DNA from: Chiloscyllium plagiosum
Taxonomy: Eukaryota
Reading direction: 5' to 3'
DNA length: 64,000 nt
Assembly: GCF_004010195.1 (NCBI RefSeq)
Contig: NC_057754.1
Location: 11,811,609-11,875,608 of the forward strand
Below are positions 63,381 to 64,000 of the stretch, piece after piece. The notes beneath the pieces were generated by a model. The model saw only the letters and a list, made by a program, of their open reading frames with translations, had not been told where the DNA came from and ran no database searches. A program made the position numbers and the translations under genes. Position 1 is the stretch's first letter. Every line of letters begins with the position of its first letter.

Positions 63381-63863
63381 GTTGTGGTTCTGATCGCCGA
63401 GCTGGAAATATTTGTTGCAAACGTTTCGTCCCCTATCTAGGTGACATCCTCAGTGCTTGGGGGCCTCCTGTGAAGCGCTTCTGTGGTGTTTCCGCCGGCA
63501 TTTTTAGTGGCCTGTCCCTGCCGCTTCTGGTTGTCAGTTTCAGCTGTCCGCTGTAGTGGCCGGTATAACAAAGAACAGCCAGGGAATTCCTAGAAGCATG
63601 GCACTCATCCACAAACTCCATCAACAAGCACATCGACCTGGACCCAATATACAGCGGACAGCTGAAACTGACAACCGGAAGCGGCAGGGACAGGCCACTA
63701 TAAATGCCGGAGGAAACACCACAGAAGCGCTTCACAGGAGGCTCCCAAGCACTGAGGATGTCACCTAGACAGGGGACAAAACGTTTGCAACAAAAATTTC
63801 CAGCTCAGTGAACAGAACCACAACAACGAGCACCCGAGCTACAAATCTTCACCCAAACTTTGA
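63381..63863 (+). mobile_element. Penelope element 3' end with an inverted terminal-repeat copy and 14-bp TSD
   Basis: 63381-63567 is the reverse complement of the terminal repeat in about 63650-63827. The plus part encodes QRTAREFLEAWHSSTNSINKHIDLDPI. ATATGTTTGTTCTT occurs at 63367-63380 and 63864-63877. Confidence 0.92.
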
Positions 63864-64000
63864 ATATGTTTGTTCTTTTCGTCAACACTGAATCTTGAAT
63901 TGGTAGAAATCACAAATTTGTGCAAATAAGGGAAGTTGTCTTCAGCTGAGGAGTCATATTGAATGAAAAATTCTTTATTTCCAATCCATGAGCTTTAATT

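Overview
Eukaryotic, repeat-dominated window, most likely from a cartilaginous fish (shark). This is inferred from HE1-type tRNA SINEs, CR1 LINEs, Penelope elements and GPR139-like receptor sequence. No intact multi-exon gene is visible. From left to right: (1) a decayed L1-clade LINE with an intact 5' end (1-5709, minus), abutting (2) a ~6-kb CATT/AATG-rich satellite with ~353-bp and ~3.39-kb higher-order periods (5710-11745); (3) tRNA-Val-like pseudogenes in a unit that recurs at 46-51 kb; (4) a mosaic of CR1, SINE, solo-LTR and Harbinger remnants; (5) a decayed Gypsy LTR retrotransposon with Gmr1-type order (gag, integrase, RT, RNase H; 24740-30360, minus) hit by two Penelope fragments; (6) an intact-looking first coding exon of a GPR139/142-like GPCR (39522-39699, minus) and a separate, heavily decayed GPR139-like body (44.9-45.75 kb, plus); (7) a ~2.4-kb tandem duplication carrying tRNA-Leu/Val pseudogenes; (8) an old AT-rich kb-scale repeat array that switches orientation near 59.8 kb. 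The most notable non-obvious signal is a set of minimal hammerhead-ribozyme cores in three Penelope-type repeat families. Two of these insertions are fold-back elements with clear target-site duplications. All calls come from visual motif recognition; no searches were run.
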